Assembly: GCA_034439715.1 (NCBI GenBank)
Contig: JAWXAY010000080.1
Location: 39,862 to 103,861 of the forward strand
Direction of reading: 5' to 3'
Source: Pseudomonadota bacterium
Lineage (GTDB): Bacteria; Bdellovibrionota; Bdellovibrionia; Bdellovibrionales; SG-bin7
Length of the DNA: 64,000 nucleotides
The notes below the pieces were generated by a model. That model was not told the DNA's origin. It worked only from the letters and a program-made list of their open reading frames with translations, and ran no database searches. A program made the position numbers and the translations under genes. Below, one piece after another: positions 38,349-48,804 of the stretch (within the stretch, counting starts at the first letter, position 1; each line of letters begins with the position of its first letter).

Positions 38349-38425
38349 TGGTGCGATCGGCAGGAATCGAACCTGCGACCCCGAACTTAGAAGGTTCGTG
38401 CTCTATCCAACTGAGCTACGACCGC
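38349..38425 (-). tRNA. tRNA-Arg (anticodon TCT)
   Basis: GCGGTCG acceptor stem, D-arm TAGCTCAGTTGGATAGAGC, anticodon arm CGAAC-CTTCTAA-GTTCG, T-arm GCAGGTTCGATTCCTGC, encoded CCA. Confidence 0.96.
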
Positions 38426-38461
38426 GCTTAAATTTTCTAACAAACTTTACTATCCAAAGCA

Positions 38462-39679
38462 TCATTTTTTTACCTTTGGGCAAAAGAACAAAATCGCGCC
38501 ACCTAGAATTGTCGCTGCGACCGAAGCTAAAAGAATACTCATTTTAGAATAGATCTCAAGCTCAGGTTGACCCCCTAAAGCCAAATCACTAATAAAAAGT
38601 GCCACTGTAAAGCCAATTCCTGCGATACAGCCCGCGGCGAGTATCTGGAGCCAATTCACACTTCGCGGGAGCTCAGCAATCTTTAATTTTACGGCTAAAA
38701 GTGAGCACGCAAAAATGCCGATAGGTTTACCAACTACGAGTCCCCAAAAAACCCCTTGAGAAATGGGACTTGTTGCAATTTGTGAAAAGCTCACTGAACC
38801 AATTTGCACACCTGCATTTACTAGCGCAAATAGAGGTACGATACCAAAACTAACCCACGGATGAAGTCTTTCTATTAAATCTCTGTCTTTAGTTTTGGAA
38901 GTCGATGGAATTATAAAACCTAACAATACGCCGCTAAGGGTAGGGTGTACGCCAGAATACAGAAGGCACAGCCATGCCAGTATTCCTAGAAAAATAAAAA
39001 CATAGCCATTCCTTATGCCTGCCTTGGTTAGAAAAATCACGACCCCTAAAACTCCCGAAGTGGCTAACAAGGCTGGAACCGACAGATTTTGGGTATAAAA
39101 AACCGCTATGACAAGGACGGCACCTAAATCATCGACGATAGCTAAGGCCAACAGAAAGATCTTTAAGCCAAATGGTACGCGTGAACTCATTAGGGTCAAA
39201 ACACCAACAGCAAAAGCAATATCGGTGGCCATAGGTATCCCCCAGCCACTGACGGCCGGCCCGGAAGGATTTAAATAATAATAAATGAAAGCGGGGACTA
39301 TCATTCCACCTAGTGCGGCTATTAGTGGTAGCGCCGCTCGTTTTTTTGAAGATAATTCCCCTGTTAAAAATTGCCGTTTGATTTCCATTCCGACCATAAA
39401 AAAGAAAATGGCCATAAGTCCATCATTTACCCAAAAATGCAGGCTCTCTTGAATCTTAAAATGGCCAAAATAAAATCCAATCGGAAAACCTACAAAATCA
39501 AAATAAAAATGCGACAACGGGGAGTTTGCCCAGACTAGTGCTATGAGTATCGCACTGATCAAGATCACACCTGTTGCGAACTCCAGAGCCATAAACCGTC
39601 CCACGGAAGTGAGAATAGGATCAACAACCGCACGAATAATTCTTTTAGCGTGATTCCCTGTATTATTTTCTGGCATCAT
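38462..39679 (-). CDS. nhaA: Na+/H+ antiporter NhaA
   Basis: WVNDGLMAIFF, GWGIPMATDIAFA, LAIVDDLGA, GKPIGI, GIGFT.ALFI. Confidence 0.96.
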   Translation of the reverse strand: MMPENNTGNHAKRIIRAVVDPILTSVGRFMALEFATGVILISAILIALVWANSPLSHFYFDFVGFPIGFYFGHFKIQESLHFWVNDGLMAIFFFMVGMEIKRQFLTGELSSKKRAALPLIAALGGMIVPAFIYYYLNPSGPAVSGWGIPMATDIAFAVGVLTLMSSRVPFGLKIFLLALAIVDDLGAVLVIAVFYTQNLSVPALLATSGVLGVVIFLTKAGIRNGYVFIFLGILAWLCLLYSGVHPTLSGVLLGFIIPSTSKTKDRDLIERLHPWVSFGIVPLFALVNAGVQIGSVSFSQIATSPISQGVFWGLVVGKPIGIFACSLLAVKLKIAELPRSVNWLQILAAGCIAGIGFTVALFISDLALGGQPELEIYSKMSILLASVAATILGGAILFFCPKVKK

Positions 39680-40636
39680 TTAGATTTTCGTCAGTCGATC
39701 GATGAATTGGCAAGAAATATCGGTGTCACTCAAAACAAATACGTGTAATCCGGGGGCACCGAGGGCTTTAAGCCTCGTGGTAAAATCCACAAAGGCATTT
39801 AGCGACTTCTCATGCGCAGCTTTGGGATCTTTTTTGACGTCATCATCTGTTGGTAGCTTGCTAGCTAGTGAGTTGGGCATTGACACTTGAAACCGCTGCG
39901 CCATCCTATGGCCCTGATCAGAGGATTTCAAGATTCGAGAACCAGGAATGACTGGCACGTTTATTTTGTTTTTTTGACAGAGGTCCATAAATCTGCCGTA
40001 GGCATCGGCATCAAAAATCATTTGAGTTATGCCGTATTCTGCACCATGTTCCACTTTGAGTTTAAAAAAATCTAGTCGTTCTTGCTCATGGGGATGTTCG
40101 GGGTAGACCGCGGAACCAATACAAAAATCTGTTTTATCAGTCGCTTTGTTCTTGGGACCTATAGGGCCGTCTGGCCGATCAAGATATTTGCCCGCATTGA
40201 GGTTTTTAATTTGATTTATCAATTGATAAGCATACTCATAAGAGCCTGCTTTTGGTTTCCAGTCCGGCTGCCCTTGCGGGGGATCGCCTCGAAGTGCCAA
40301 AATATTTCTTATGCCAAAATAGTGGTGGTCAATGAGTTGGTTTTCAACCTCTTGGGGAGTCAAATCGCGGCAAGTAAAATGAGCGACGCAAGGAACTCCA
40401 AAATTTTCTTTTATGGCATGTACGATCGGCAAACTACCACCACGTAAGCTACCGCCAGCCCCCTTAGTGACAGACAAAAACTCCGCCCCACTATCGATGA
40501 GGTTTTCGATTTGAGTAAGTATCAATTCTTGCTCGGCGCCATTTCTGGGAGGAATCACTTCTGCCGAAAGCGCAAATTCACTTTCTCGCAAATAATCTGA
40601 AATTTTTTTATCGCGAGGTTGAATTAATTTTTTCAT
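39680..40636 (-). CDS. metF: Methylenetetrahydrofolate reductase
   Basis: SAEVIPPR, SVT.GAGGS, AHFTCRD, LALRGDPP, YPE.HP, ITQMIFD; directly downstream of metH. Confidence 0.9.
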   Translation of the reverse strand: MKKLIQPRDKKISDYLRESEFALSAEVIPPRNGAEQELILTQIENLIDSGAEFLSVTKGAGGSLRGGSLPIVHAIKENFGVPCVAHFTCRDLTPQEVENQLIDHHYFGIRNILALRGDPPQGQPDWKPKAGSYEYAYQLINQIKNLNAGKYLDRPDGPIGPKNKATDKTDFCIGSAVYPEHPHEQERLDFFKLKVEHGAEYGITQMIFDADAYGRFMDLCQKNKINVPVIPGSRILKSSDQGHRMAQRFQVSMPNSLASKLPTDDDVKKDPKAAHEKSLNAFVDFTTRLKALGAPGLHVFVLSDTDISCQFIDRLTKI

Positions 40637-43600
40637 ACGCCAAAGTACTTTGCAAAGGGATGATGAAAGACAATAGCTGAAACTGAGGCCTCGGGGTCCA
40701 TCATAAAACCGTCAGTTAATTCGACACCGATGTCTTCGGGTTTTAACAGATCAAACAGTTGCTTTTGATCGTCGAGATTAGGGCATGCAGGGTAACCAAA
40801 GGAATAGCGTTTGCCATGATATTTGGCCTGAAAGCGTTCCATCATGGTTATATTTTCGGGGTCAGGTATTCCCCAAGTCTTTCTGAGGTCTAAGTGTAAG
40901 AGCTCGGCGTAGGCTTCAGCGGATTCCAGCGCTAAGGCTTGCAAAACGTGGGACCTCAAGTACTCCCCTCGGTTTTTGAGCTCTTCGGCCTCAGCCCGCA
41001 GTTGGTCGCCCACACTAACTACAAAAAGGCAGAGGTTGTCTGGCTTGCCGCCTAAGGGTTCCACGTAGTCGGCAAGGCATAGTCGGCCCGTTTTGGTTTG
41101 TCGCTCAAATTCAAAAATGGTCGATGAGGCTTTTTCTATTTTGTCGGTAGTGGAATTATTGAAAACATGAATTTTGCGGCCTTCACTTTGGGCTCTAAAA
41201 AACTGGTAAACGGCCTTAGGTTTTAAAACGTCCTTATTGCGGTATTCCTCTTTAATTTTTTCAACCACGCGCCAGATTCCGTAGTGGCGGACCTCTTTGG
41301 TCTCCAGCTCACGAAGCTGCTGGGCATTGTTTCGGGCGGCTTCGAGTTGCCTCACTATGCTAGCTTTTAAGCCTAAGTGGCGAGTGTAAAGCATTAATGG
41401 ATTTATAAATTGCCAAATCTGATCAATAGGCGTTTTTGTTATCGTGTGGCGCTTATAGTCTGTGGGTTCAGGTATCGTCTCTAGGCGAGGTACTTCTGGA
41501 TCGCGAGTATTTAAAACTTCTTCGCTCAAAATTTTAATATCTGGGCGGCTTTTTTCGCCTTCACTGGATTCTCGGCGTTGAGAAGTTTCGCTTTGGTAAG
41601 TGGCGAAGAGTTTCGGATCCACGATTTTTTTAGCAAGGTCCAGACCATTCATGGCGTCGGTAGCGTAACCAACAAAACCAGTTGAGTAGCTGGGGGCAAT
41701 TTTTGTATCGGCAAATCTTTGGGTTAGCGCAGCTCCCCCTACGAGGACTGGAATATTAATTCCGGCCTTAGAAAAATCATCAACCGTAATAACCATTTGT
41801 TGAGCGGATTTAACAAGAAGTCCTGAAAGCCCGATGATATCAGGTTTGTGTTCACGGGCAGCATTGATTAAATCTTGCGGCGGAACTTTAATACCGAGAT
41901 TAATAACATTAAAACCATTGTTCGCTAAAATAATTTCAACGAGATTTTTACCAATGTCATGAACGTCACCTTTAACCGTCGCCAAAATCATCTTACCCCG
42001 CACACTCGATTCTAGTTTCTCCATATAAGGCTCAAGATATTTTACCGCAGCTTTCATGGCTTCAGCAGACTGCAAAACTTCGGCCACGATCAATTTATTT
42101 TGATTAAAGAGTCGGCCAACCTCATCCATGCCGGCCATCAGCGGGCCATTAATTACGTTGAGTGGCTTCATCGTTTTAAGAGCTAAGGTTATGTCTTGGG
42201 CCAGGCCGTCCTTAGAGCCTTCCAATATATATCCGGCTAGCCTTTCTTCGAGGGTCCGGCTTTCCTTATTAACTACCTCTACTTTTTTATCCCTAAAGTG
42301 GGCCGCAAACTTGGCAATCGGGTCGTCACCTTTATTAAATAATAAGTCGTCAGCAAGTTTTTTTTCTTCATCAGAAATCAAGGCATAGCGTTTTAATTTT
42401 TCAGAATTAACTATCGCCAGATCTAGACCTGCTACCACACAATGATAAAGAAAGACGGAGTTAAGTATTTCACGGCCGGCCTCAGGCAAGCCAAAACTGA
42501 CATTCGAAATACCCAGCACAGATTTAGTTTCAGGGTATTTTTGCTTAATGAGTCTTAAGCCTTCAATGGTTTCTAGTGCCGAGCCCACGTAATTCGCATC
42601 TCCGGTCGCGCAGGGAAACACTAGGGGGTCCCAATAAATGTCTTGTGCGGGCACCCCATACTTTTTTGTGAGTAACTCAAACGAGCGTGTGGCCACAGCT
42701 AATTTTCGTTCGCGAGTTACAGCCATTCCGGCTTGAGCATCGTCGTCGATTGTTCCCACAACCAAGGCCGCACCAAATTGTCGTGCCAGCGGCACAACCT
42801 TTTCGTAGCGCTCTTCGCCGTCTTCGAGGTTGATCGAATTAATAATGGCTTTACCCTGGCAATAGGTGAGTGCCATGGCGATGACTTTTTCGTCGGTCGA
42901 ATCAATCATGAGTGGCGCGCGAATTTTTTTTATAACTTCGCTTAAGAATTTCTCGGTATCTTTTAATTCGTCGCGATCAGGGTTGGCTAAGCAAACATCT
43001 ATAACGTGCGCGCCGCCTTTTACCTGCGCCCGCGCGATTTCGCTCGCCTCATCAAATTTTTCGTCACAGATAAGTTTTTTAAATTTACGACTCCCAATCA
43101 CATTGGTACGTTCACCCACCAAAAAAGGGCGTCCGTCAGAAGCAAATTCGAGATAATCAATGCCCGATAAAAATGAAATTTTATTTTCTTTCGGAACTCG
43201 GGGTTTTGTAGACTTAGCAATTTTTACCATGACTTCGATGTGGGCGGGCGTTGTACCGCAACAGCCGCCGAGCAAATTTATCCAGCCATTATTTAAAAAT
43301 CTTGAGAGGACGCCTTCAACCATAGCGGGAGTTTCTAGATACACGCCATCAGTGTCAGGCAGCCCAGCATTGGGTACACACGCCACCGGAAAGCGTGAGA
43401 GTTCAGAAAGTGTTCGGATGTGATCAGTCATAAATTCGGGGCCAGTCGCGCAGTTGAGCCCCATATACAAAAGATCACGATGATTAAACGAAGCTAAAAA
43501 GGATTCGACGCTTTGGCCGGCAAGCATTGTGCCCATGGGTTCAATAGTTCCGGAAATAGCCACAGGCACAAGCGTTTTACTTTCTGCAAAATACTGATCA

Positions 43601-44154
43601 AAACCAATGAGAGCTGCCTTTAGGTTTCGAGAGTCTTGCGCGGTTTCGAGGAGCAAGTAATCGGCTCCCCCTTCTATTAAGGCCTTGGCTTGATCCCTAA
43701 AGTTTTTTATAAGTTCGGCAAATGTAACCCCGCCTGTAACTGAAATTGCTTTGGTTGTAGGTCCTAGGCTGCCGGCCACAAATCTTGGCTTTTCCTTAGT
43801 TGAAAACTTATCGCAAGCGGCACGTGCCAGCTTAGCAGCTTGAAAATTAATTTCGTAAAATTTATTTCCGAGCTTGTATTCGTTGAGAACTAATTCAGTG
43901 CCGCCAAAAGTATTAGTTTCGACAATATCGCAGCCTGCCGCCAAAAAGTCTTCGTGAATTTTTTTTATGACATCGGGGCGAGTGAGTACCAAATTTTCAT
44001 TACATCCCTCTAGTTCAACTCCGCCAAAATCTTGGGGTCCTAAATTGACATTCTGAATGGAAGTCCCCATTGCGCCATCAAGCACGAGAATTTTTTGTTT
44101 TAACAAATCCTTTAACAGTTGCCCGCGCGGATTTAGGGGGAAAATATTAGTCAT
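40633..44154 (-). CDS. metH: Cobalamin-dependent methionine synthase
   Basis: LDGAMGT, GLNCATGP, GGCCGTTP, GERTN..GS, ATVKGDVHDIGKN, LSGLL, RYSFGYPACP. Confidence 0.96.
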   Translation of the reverse strand: MTNIFPLNPRGQLLKDLLKQKILVLDGAMGTSIQNVNLGPQDFGGVELEGCNENLVLTRPDVIKKIHEDFLAAGCDIVETNTFGGTELVLNEYKLGNKFYEINFQAAKLARAACDKFSTKEKPRFVAGSLGPTTKAISVTGGVTFAELIKNFRDQAKALIEGGADYLLLETAQDSRNLKAALIGFDQYFAESKTLVPVAISGTIEPMGTMLAGQSVESFLASFNHRDLLYMGLNCATGPEFMTDHIRTLSELSRFPVACVPNAGLPDTDGVYLETPAMVEGVLSRFLNNGWINLLGGCCGTTPAHIEVMVKIAKSTKPRVPKENKISFLSGIDYLEFASDGRPFLVGERTNVIGSRKFKKLICDEKFDEASEIARAQVKGGAHVIDVCLANPDRDELKDTEKFLSEVIKKIRAPLMIDSTDEKVIAMALTYCQGKAIINSINLEDGEERYEKVVPLARQFGAALVVGTIDDDAQAGMAVTRERKLAVATRSFELLTKKYGVPAQDIYWDPLVFPCATGDANYVGSALETIEGLRLIKQKYPETKSVLGISNVSFGLPEAGREILNSVFLYHCVVAGLDLAIVNSEKLKRYALISDEEKKLADDLLFNKGDDPIAKFAAHFRDKKVEVVNKESRTLEERLAGYILEGSKDGLAQDITLALKTMKPLNVINGPLMAGMDEVGRLFNQNKLIVAEVLQSAEAMKAAVKYLEPYMEKLESSVRGKMILATVKGDVHDIGKNLVEIILANNGFNVINLGIKVPPQDLINAAREHKPDIIGLSGLLVKSAQQMVITVDDFSKAGINIPVLVGGAALTQRFADTKIAPSYSTGFVGYATDAMNGLDLAKKIVDPKLFATYQSETSQRRESSEGEKSRPDIKILSEEVLNTRDPEVPRLETIPEPTDYKRHTITKTPIDQIWQFINPLMLYTRHLGLKASIVRQLEAARNNAQQLRELETKEVRHYGIWRVVEKIKEEYRNKDVLKPKAVYQFFRAQSEGRKIHVFNNSTTDKIEKASSTIFEFERQTKTGRLCLADYVEPLGGKPDNLCLFVVSVGDQLRAEAEELKNRGEYLRSHVLQALALESAEAYAELLHLDLRKTWGIPDPENITMMERFQAKYHGKRYSFGYPACPNLDDQKQLFDLLKPEDIGVELTDGFMMDPEASVSAIVFHHPFAKYFGV

Positions 44155-45056
44155 GAAATAAAAAATCCCTCTTTTAAAAAGAAGTCGTTATTTTCAGCTT
44201 TTATTTGTGCGGTGTCCATAAAAGGATCGTGTTCGAAAAATAAATACCAATTATTTTTTACGACCTCGTCCAACAGCTTTCGTTTTTCCTCAATGAGTTT
44301 TAAGGGTTCTAAATCATACCCCATCACGAAGGGGAGCCTAATGTGGGAACTAGTCGGGATGAGGTCAGAACCATAAACAATTCCGTTTTTGCCATCAGAG
44401 ATTTTGACAACTTGCAGACCTAAAGTATGGCCATCAGATAAATACATTGAAATGTTTGGAAACAGATTATCGCAGGTGCCTTCAATGAGATTTAATACTC
44501 CTGAATCCATTAGCGATTTAAAGTTGGCACCCAGGTAGCTGGCCTTCTCGCGAATGTTCGGATTCAGTGCTGTAACATAATTCCTTTTTTGTACATAGTA
44601 TTTGGCATTCGGAAATGTCGGAGAAATCTGGCCGTCACGAAAACAAGTAGAGCCGCCTGCATGATCAAAGTGAAGGTGGGTAAGTATCACGTCAGTGATA
44701 TCCTCAACCGATAATCCGTGCCTTTTTAGTGAGGACTCTAAGCTCACTCCGCCTTTTTTAACTGCGTAAATTTCGGCAAATTTGTTACCCAATTTTTCGC
44801 CGTACTTTTCAACAAAATCACCGCCAACACCGTCATCTATTAAGATATTTCGTTGGGGGGATTTTAATAGAAGCGCCCGAGCTTCAAGCTGAATGCGGTT
44901 ATTCTCGTCCGCTGGATTAGTTTTTTGCCAGAGAGTTTTAGGAACAGTGCCAAACATAGACCCGCCATCGAGACCAAAAATGCCCGTGGGTATGGCCAGA
45001 ACCTGATATCTGCCAATAGACACAGAAATCGATTTAAATGACTGATTATCTTGCAA
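44151..45056 (-). CDS. Metallo-beta-lactamase-fold hydrolase (YtnP-like)
   Basis: LDGGSMFGTVPK.LW, THLHFDHAGG, GHT.G, MGYD..P, FEHDP. The likely start is TTG 45056 after GAGG; the ORF track extends to 45134. Confidence 0.88.
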   Translation of the reverse strand: MQDNQSFKSISVSIGRYQVLAIPTGIFGLDGGSMFGTVPKTLWQKTNPADENNRIQLEARALLLKSPQRNILIDDGVGGDFVEKYGEKLGNKFAEIYAVKKGGVSLESSLKRHGLSVEDITDVILTHLHFDHAGGSTCFRDGQISPTFPNAKYYVQKRNYVTALNPNIREKASYLGANFKSLMDSGVLNLIEGTCDNLFPNISMYLSDGHTLGLQVVKISDGKNGIVYGSDLIPTSSHIRLPFVMGYDLEPLKLIEEKRKLLDEVVKNNWYLFFEHDPFMDTAQIKAENNDFFLKEGFFIS

Positions 45057-45119
45057 ATTTACTTCCTCGAAGTTATCTACTTTGCTAGCTAATTCGATAC
45101 CTACATTAAGGAAAGAAAT

Positions 45120-45779
45120 ATGACAGAAACTCATGAGTTTAACACCCTGGAAATCCTGAAAAATGTAAGACCAACGCCTTTGGTCAATAACGGCTTAAGT
45201 CGCTCAGAAAAAATTAAGCAAATTACTGCGCACTTTAGGGGCATCATGGAGACGCTGGGGTTAGATTTAATGAATGACAGCTTAGCGCGAAGTCCCGAGC
45301 GGGTCGCCGAAATGTATGTTGATGAGCTTTTTGCGGGCTTAACTGCTGAATATTTTCCGAAAATTACAGTGCATGATAACGATTATAAATACGACCAAAT
45401 GATTGTCGTAAAGGATGTTTCCATTATGAGTGTCTGCGAACATCACTTTGTAACTATCGATGGTCTAGCTACCATCGCTTATACTCCTAAAGATAAGGTT
45501 ATTGGCCTTTCAAAGATTAATCGCATTGCGAGTTACTTTAGTAAGCGGCCCCAGGTCCAGGAACGGCTCACAAAACAGATAGCCGATTGCTTAGAGTATG
45601 TTTTGGAAACACCTAACGTGGCGGTCCACATTATTGCCAAACACTATTGTGTTGTCTCTCGAGGAGTCAAAGATATCAATTCGTTGGCGGCGACTACTGA
45701 CTTAAGGGGGGACTTCAAAAAGAATCCCGAAACGCGTACCGAATTTCTTAACGCTTGCCGTTCTAAAATGCTATCCTAG
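45120..45779 (+). CDS. folE: GTP cyclohydrolase I
   Basis: SPERVAEMY, S.CEHHF, IGLSKINR, RPQVQERLT, HYCVVSRG. Confidence 0.96.
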   Translation: MTETHEFNTLEILKNVRPTPLVNNGLSRSEKIKQITAHFRGIMETLGLDLMNDSLARSPERVAEMYVDELFAGLTAEYFPKITVHDNDYKYDQMIVVKDVSIMSVCEHHFVTIDGLATIAYTPKDKVIGLSKINRIASYFSKRPQVQERLTKQIADCLEYVLETPNVAVHIIAKHYCVVSRGVKDINSLAATTDLRGDFKKNPETRTEFLNACRSKMLS

Positions 45780-45816
45780 AGGGGCATTTTATTAAAAATT
45801 TAAACGGAGGTCACGG

Positions 45817-46764
45817 ATGAGCCGAGTTCTATTAATTGTTTCACTTGTCATTAGTGTGTGCTGTTCTTCTTTAAGTTTCGCTCGCAATATTCCAACTATG
45901 AAGATGTCACCTCAGGATAATCCCTGTGGTGGTGACACCTGCGTGCAAAAATGCATTTACGCAGCCGATGCAGTTCTGGAGTATCAAGGAATTGAAGTCG
46001 AAGGAGACGTTGATATCACAACAGTGTTCGATAATTCTAGTTATAATGATCGTGCTTTTTTACGCACTTTAATTTCTGTTAAAACCCGCGGCTTTAATGC
46101 TAAGGCGCTTTATGACGAGTCAAGTGTATTTGACACCAAAACTTGGAAGCTCGATAAAACTTATACATTTATGAAATTGGCTATGGGTAACGGGGACCGG
46201 GGCCTTAAAAAGGTGGAATGGTCGGAGACCGCGTTTGATTGGGGAAGCCCGTCGAGCACTAAAGTGACAGCGATAGCGGCTAAAAGTGTTGATGAATTAA
46301 AAAATACCTTCCCTGGTTTTTATAAATTTTTGAGCGATGATCAATTCGGAAAAAACTGGATGTCCGAATTTGCCGAAAACAATCCTGAACATAAGCCTAA
46401 TCGCGATATGAAAGATTTTTCTGAAAATATTTTAAGTCCTACTTTTGTAAGTCTCTTTCACTTGCGCTTCATTCCCTTAAATGACATTTTTAAATATGAA
46501 CTTTTTGTGAGCGGCAGTAGTAAGCTAGGTCCGGTAAGCACTACTCTCAATGGAGAGAAGACCAATAAGGATGGGCTAGTTTTGTTTCAAGGGGAGCTCG
46601 CGTTTGGCGATTTCGAATCACAGCCCGGAAAGCCTGCTAAGTTTTATGTGGATCAAAATGGCAAGCAGTTTGAGAAGCTGGAAATCAGTATGCAAAATAT
46701 TAAGCAAGGTTTAAAAGCCTCGGCCCAAACTAAATCGGTCACGTGCCAAACGATTTCACTTTAA
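45817..46764 (+). CDS. Secreted hypothetical beta-rich protein
   Basis: GGAGG RBS; signal peptide ending SFA/R; Cys cluster near the N-terminus. Confidence 0.65.
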   Translation: MSRVLLIVSLVISVCCSSLSFARNIPTMKMSPQDNPCGGDTCVQKCIYAADAVLEYQGIEVEGDVDITTVFDNSSYNDRAFLRTLISVKTRGFNAKALYDESSVFDTKTWKLDKTYTFMKLAMGNGDRGLKKVEWSETAFDWGSPSSTKVTAIAAKSVDELKNTFPGFYKFLSDDQFGKNWMSEFAENNPEHKPNRDMKDFSENILSPTFVSLFHLRFIPLNDIFKYELFVSGSSKLGPVSTTLNGEKTNKDGLVLFQGELAFGDFESQPGKPAKFYVDQNGKQFEKLEISMQNIKQGLKASAQTKSVTCQTISL

Positions 46765-46789
46765 ACATGAATTAGAAATATGCGAACAC

Positions 46790-46819
46790 ACCTTGCCAGC
46801 TGATTAAAACTGGTAAGGT
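46790..46819. terminator. Hairpin between convergent genes, possible bidirectional terminator
   Basis: ACCTTGCCAG-N10-CTGGTAAGGT. Confidence 0.5.
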
Positions 46820-46825
46820 ATAAAA

Positions 46826-47695
46826 TTACCTACTTGTGCCGCCTCTGGATTCGGTTTTATTTTTACTACCAAAAACTTCGTCGTCATTAATTTTAACGTT
46901 TCTGGGACTTGTAGCATTAGATTCCATACATTGTCTTACTGAGCTACAAATCGACGATGAATTTAAAACATTCTCAAGTTTTTTCTTCATATAAGCTTTA
47001 AGCATAGAGTTGTCATAAACTCGCTCGAGGGCCTCATAGCCAAGGTTGAGATCCCACTCAGTTTCTCTAATCCTGTCGTTAAATTCCTCGATACTGGTTG
47101 AAAGGCGCATTTCTGCAATTGTGTTTTCTAGTTTAGTGATTTTATTTCTTGCCGTATCGTACATTTTTGCCTTTTTGAGTTTTTCTTCCAGCTCTTTTTC
47201 TCTTTCATTTAACTCTCTTATTGCGGTTTCTCTTTGTCTTGTGGGTGAATCTATGCTTGCCTTCAATTCTTTTAACCTTCTATTAGCCTTAACTAAATTG
47301 CCGGCGTCAGCGATAAGCCGCTCTTCGGTAGCACCTTCGGACTCGAAACCCTTGGTGGCATTCTGGAGATTTGCTCTGGATTTTTCGAATTCTGCATTCT
47401 GGCGAGAAATATCTTGTTGCAATTTTTCGAGTTCCTTTTCTGCACTGAGATAGGAGCCGCGAGTCCCATTAATCGTAGTGTTTAACTCTCGTACTTCATT
47501 ATTGGTATTTTTAATGGCTTGCTCCACCTGGTCATAAGTTCGTGCTTCATCAGTGCTAAGACTGACGGGTTTATCTTCTGAATCGTATAATCCAAAAGTG
47601 ACTATTTCGCCAAGAGTGCCCCAAATTGCCTGAGCATTTTGAGCAAAACTAAAGGATAGAATCATCGCGACTGATAAATTTAATACTAGTTTCAT
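46826..47695 (-). CDS. Secreted long coiled-coil protein
   Basis: GGAGG RBS, signal peptide (AQA/I), extended E/K/L heptad-like region, C-terminal Cys pair. Confidence 0.7.
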   Translation of the reverse strand: MKLVLNLSVAMILSFSFAQNAQAIWGTLGEIVTFGLYDSEDKPVSLSTDEARTYDQVEQAIKNTNNEVRELNTTINGTRGSYLSAEKELEKLQQDISRQNAEFEKSRANLQNATKGFESEGATEERLIADAGNLVKANRRLKELKASIDSPTRQRETAIRELNEREKELEEKLKKAKMYDTARNKITKLENTIAEMRLSTSIEEFNDRIRETEWDLNLGYEALERVYDNSMLKAYMKKKLENVLNSSSICSSVRQCMESNATSPRNVKINDDEVFGSKNKTESRGGTSR

Positions 47696-47760
47696 AAAAG
47701 GCCTCCGTCACAATACGTAACGGACTTTTAAAATGAATTCTTTAGTGTAAAACCAGATTG

Positions 47761-48804
47761 TTAGCGATACTCTTTAAAAATATCAGAGAGCACCTGGGCC
47801 GAAGGTCGAGTTTCAGTTTCACCCAGTTCAGAAAGCGGTCGTTCGGTTAGGTCCAAAGTCTGTAAAAAGTTTTGGGATTTCTCGTCGATATACAAAAGTC
47901 CCGTAAGAATTTCGCCACGCGAGTTAGATTCATGAACCAACTGTTGTGCCGCCCAGCGATTAGTAACGTCGTGATCAAGTGCTAATTTTTTTAGAGTCAA
48001 AATAGAGCCATCAGGCATATCAACCCTCGTCGTTGAACCGGGATCGTAGTCAGCCAGAATTTCTTGCTCCGGTAGTATGAGACCTAACTCCTGCAAAATC
48101 ACTTTGTGATCCTTATAAAAGTTATAAGACTTGGTCGACCCCTCATGATTATTGTAAGTCACGCACGGCGAGATAATGTCGATGAGGGCGGTGCCATTAT
48201 GTTTAACCGCTGCAGAGATTAACGGAACCAATTGTTTCGCATCACCCGAAAAAGACCGCGCCACAAAAGTGCATCCCACGTCAAGAGCGAGTGAACACAA
48301 ATCAATCATCGAAAATGGATTTGAACCGCCGGCTTTTGAACGTGAACCTTTTTCAGACGTGGCAGAAAATTGCCCCTTGGTAAGTCCATAAACGCCGTTA
48401 TTAGCGACGAGATAAGCCATGGGCACATTTCGACGCATCAAATGAACAAAGCCACCGAGACCAATACTGGCGGTGTCGCCATCGCCAGAAATTCCCAATG
48501 TGATTAATTTTTGATTGGCCACTTTGGCGCCCGTTGATACAGGAGCCATGCGACCGTGAATCGAGTTAAAGCCAGAGGCTTTGGATAAAAAATAACCTGG
48601 CGTTTTGGACGAACAGCCAATGCCCGACATTTTGGCGACATCGTAAGGCGAAATATTGGAGGCGTGAAACGAACTTATAATGGAATTTGTAATACTATCG
48701 TGACCGCAACCTACACACAGAGTCGACTTACCACCGAGATAATCAGATTTTGCGAGACCTAATTTATTGTTGGTGCTGACGGGTTTAGCTTCAAGTTCAC
48801 TCAT
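47761..48804 (-). CDS. korB: 2-oxoacid:ferredoxin oxidoreductase beta subunit
   Basis: STLCVGCGH, SGIGCSSK, HGR, SGDGD.ASIG, NNGVYGLTKGQ.S, ISPCVT. Confidence 0.92.
   Translation of the reverse strand: MSELEAKPVSTNNKLGLAKSDYLGGKSTLCVGCGHDSITNSIISSFHASNISPYDVAKMSGIGCSSKTPGYFLSKASGFNSIHGRMAPVSTGAKVANQKLITLGISGDGDTASIGLGGFVHLMRRNVPMAYLVANNGVYGLTKGQFSATSEKGSRSKAGGSNPFSMIDLCSLALDVGCTFVARSFSGDAKQLVPLISAAVKHNGTALIDIISPCVTYNNHEGSTKSYNFYKDHKVILQELGLILPEQEILADYDPGSTTRVDMPDGSILTLKKLALDHDVTNRWAAQQLVHESNSRGEILTGLLYIDEKSQNFLQTLDLTERPLSELGETETRPSAQVLSDIFKEYR

Noticed and set aside
45057..45134. Head-to-head overlap between the MBL gene and folE
   Set aside because: It disappears if the MBL gene starts at TTG 45056, which has a GAGG RBS.
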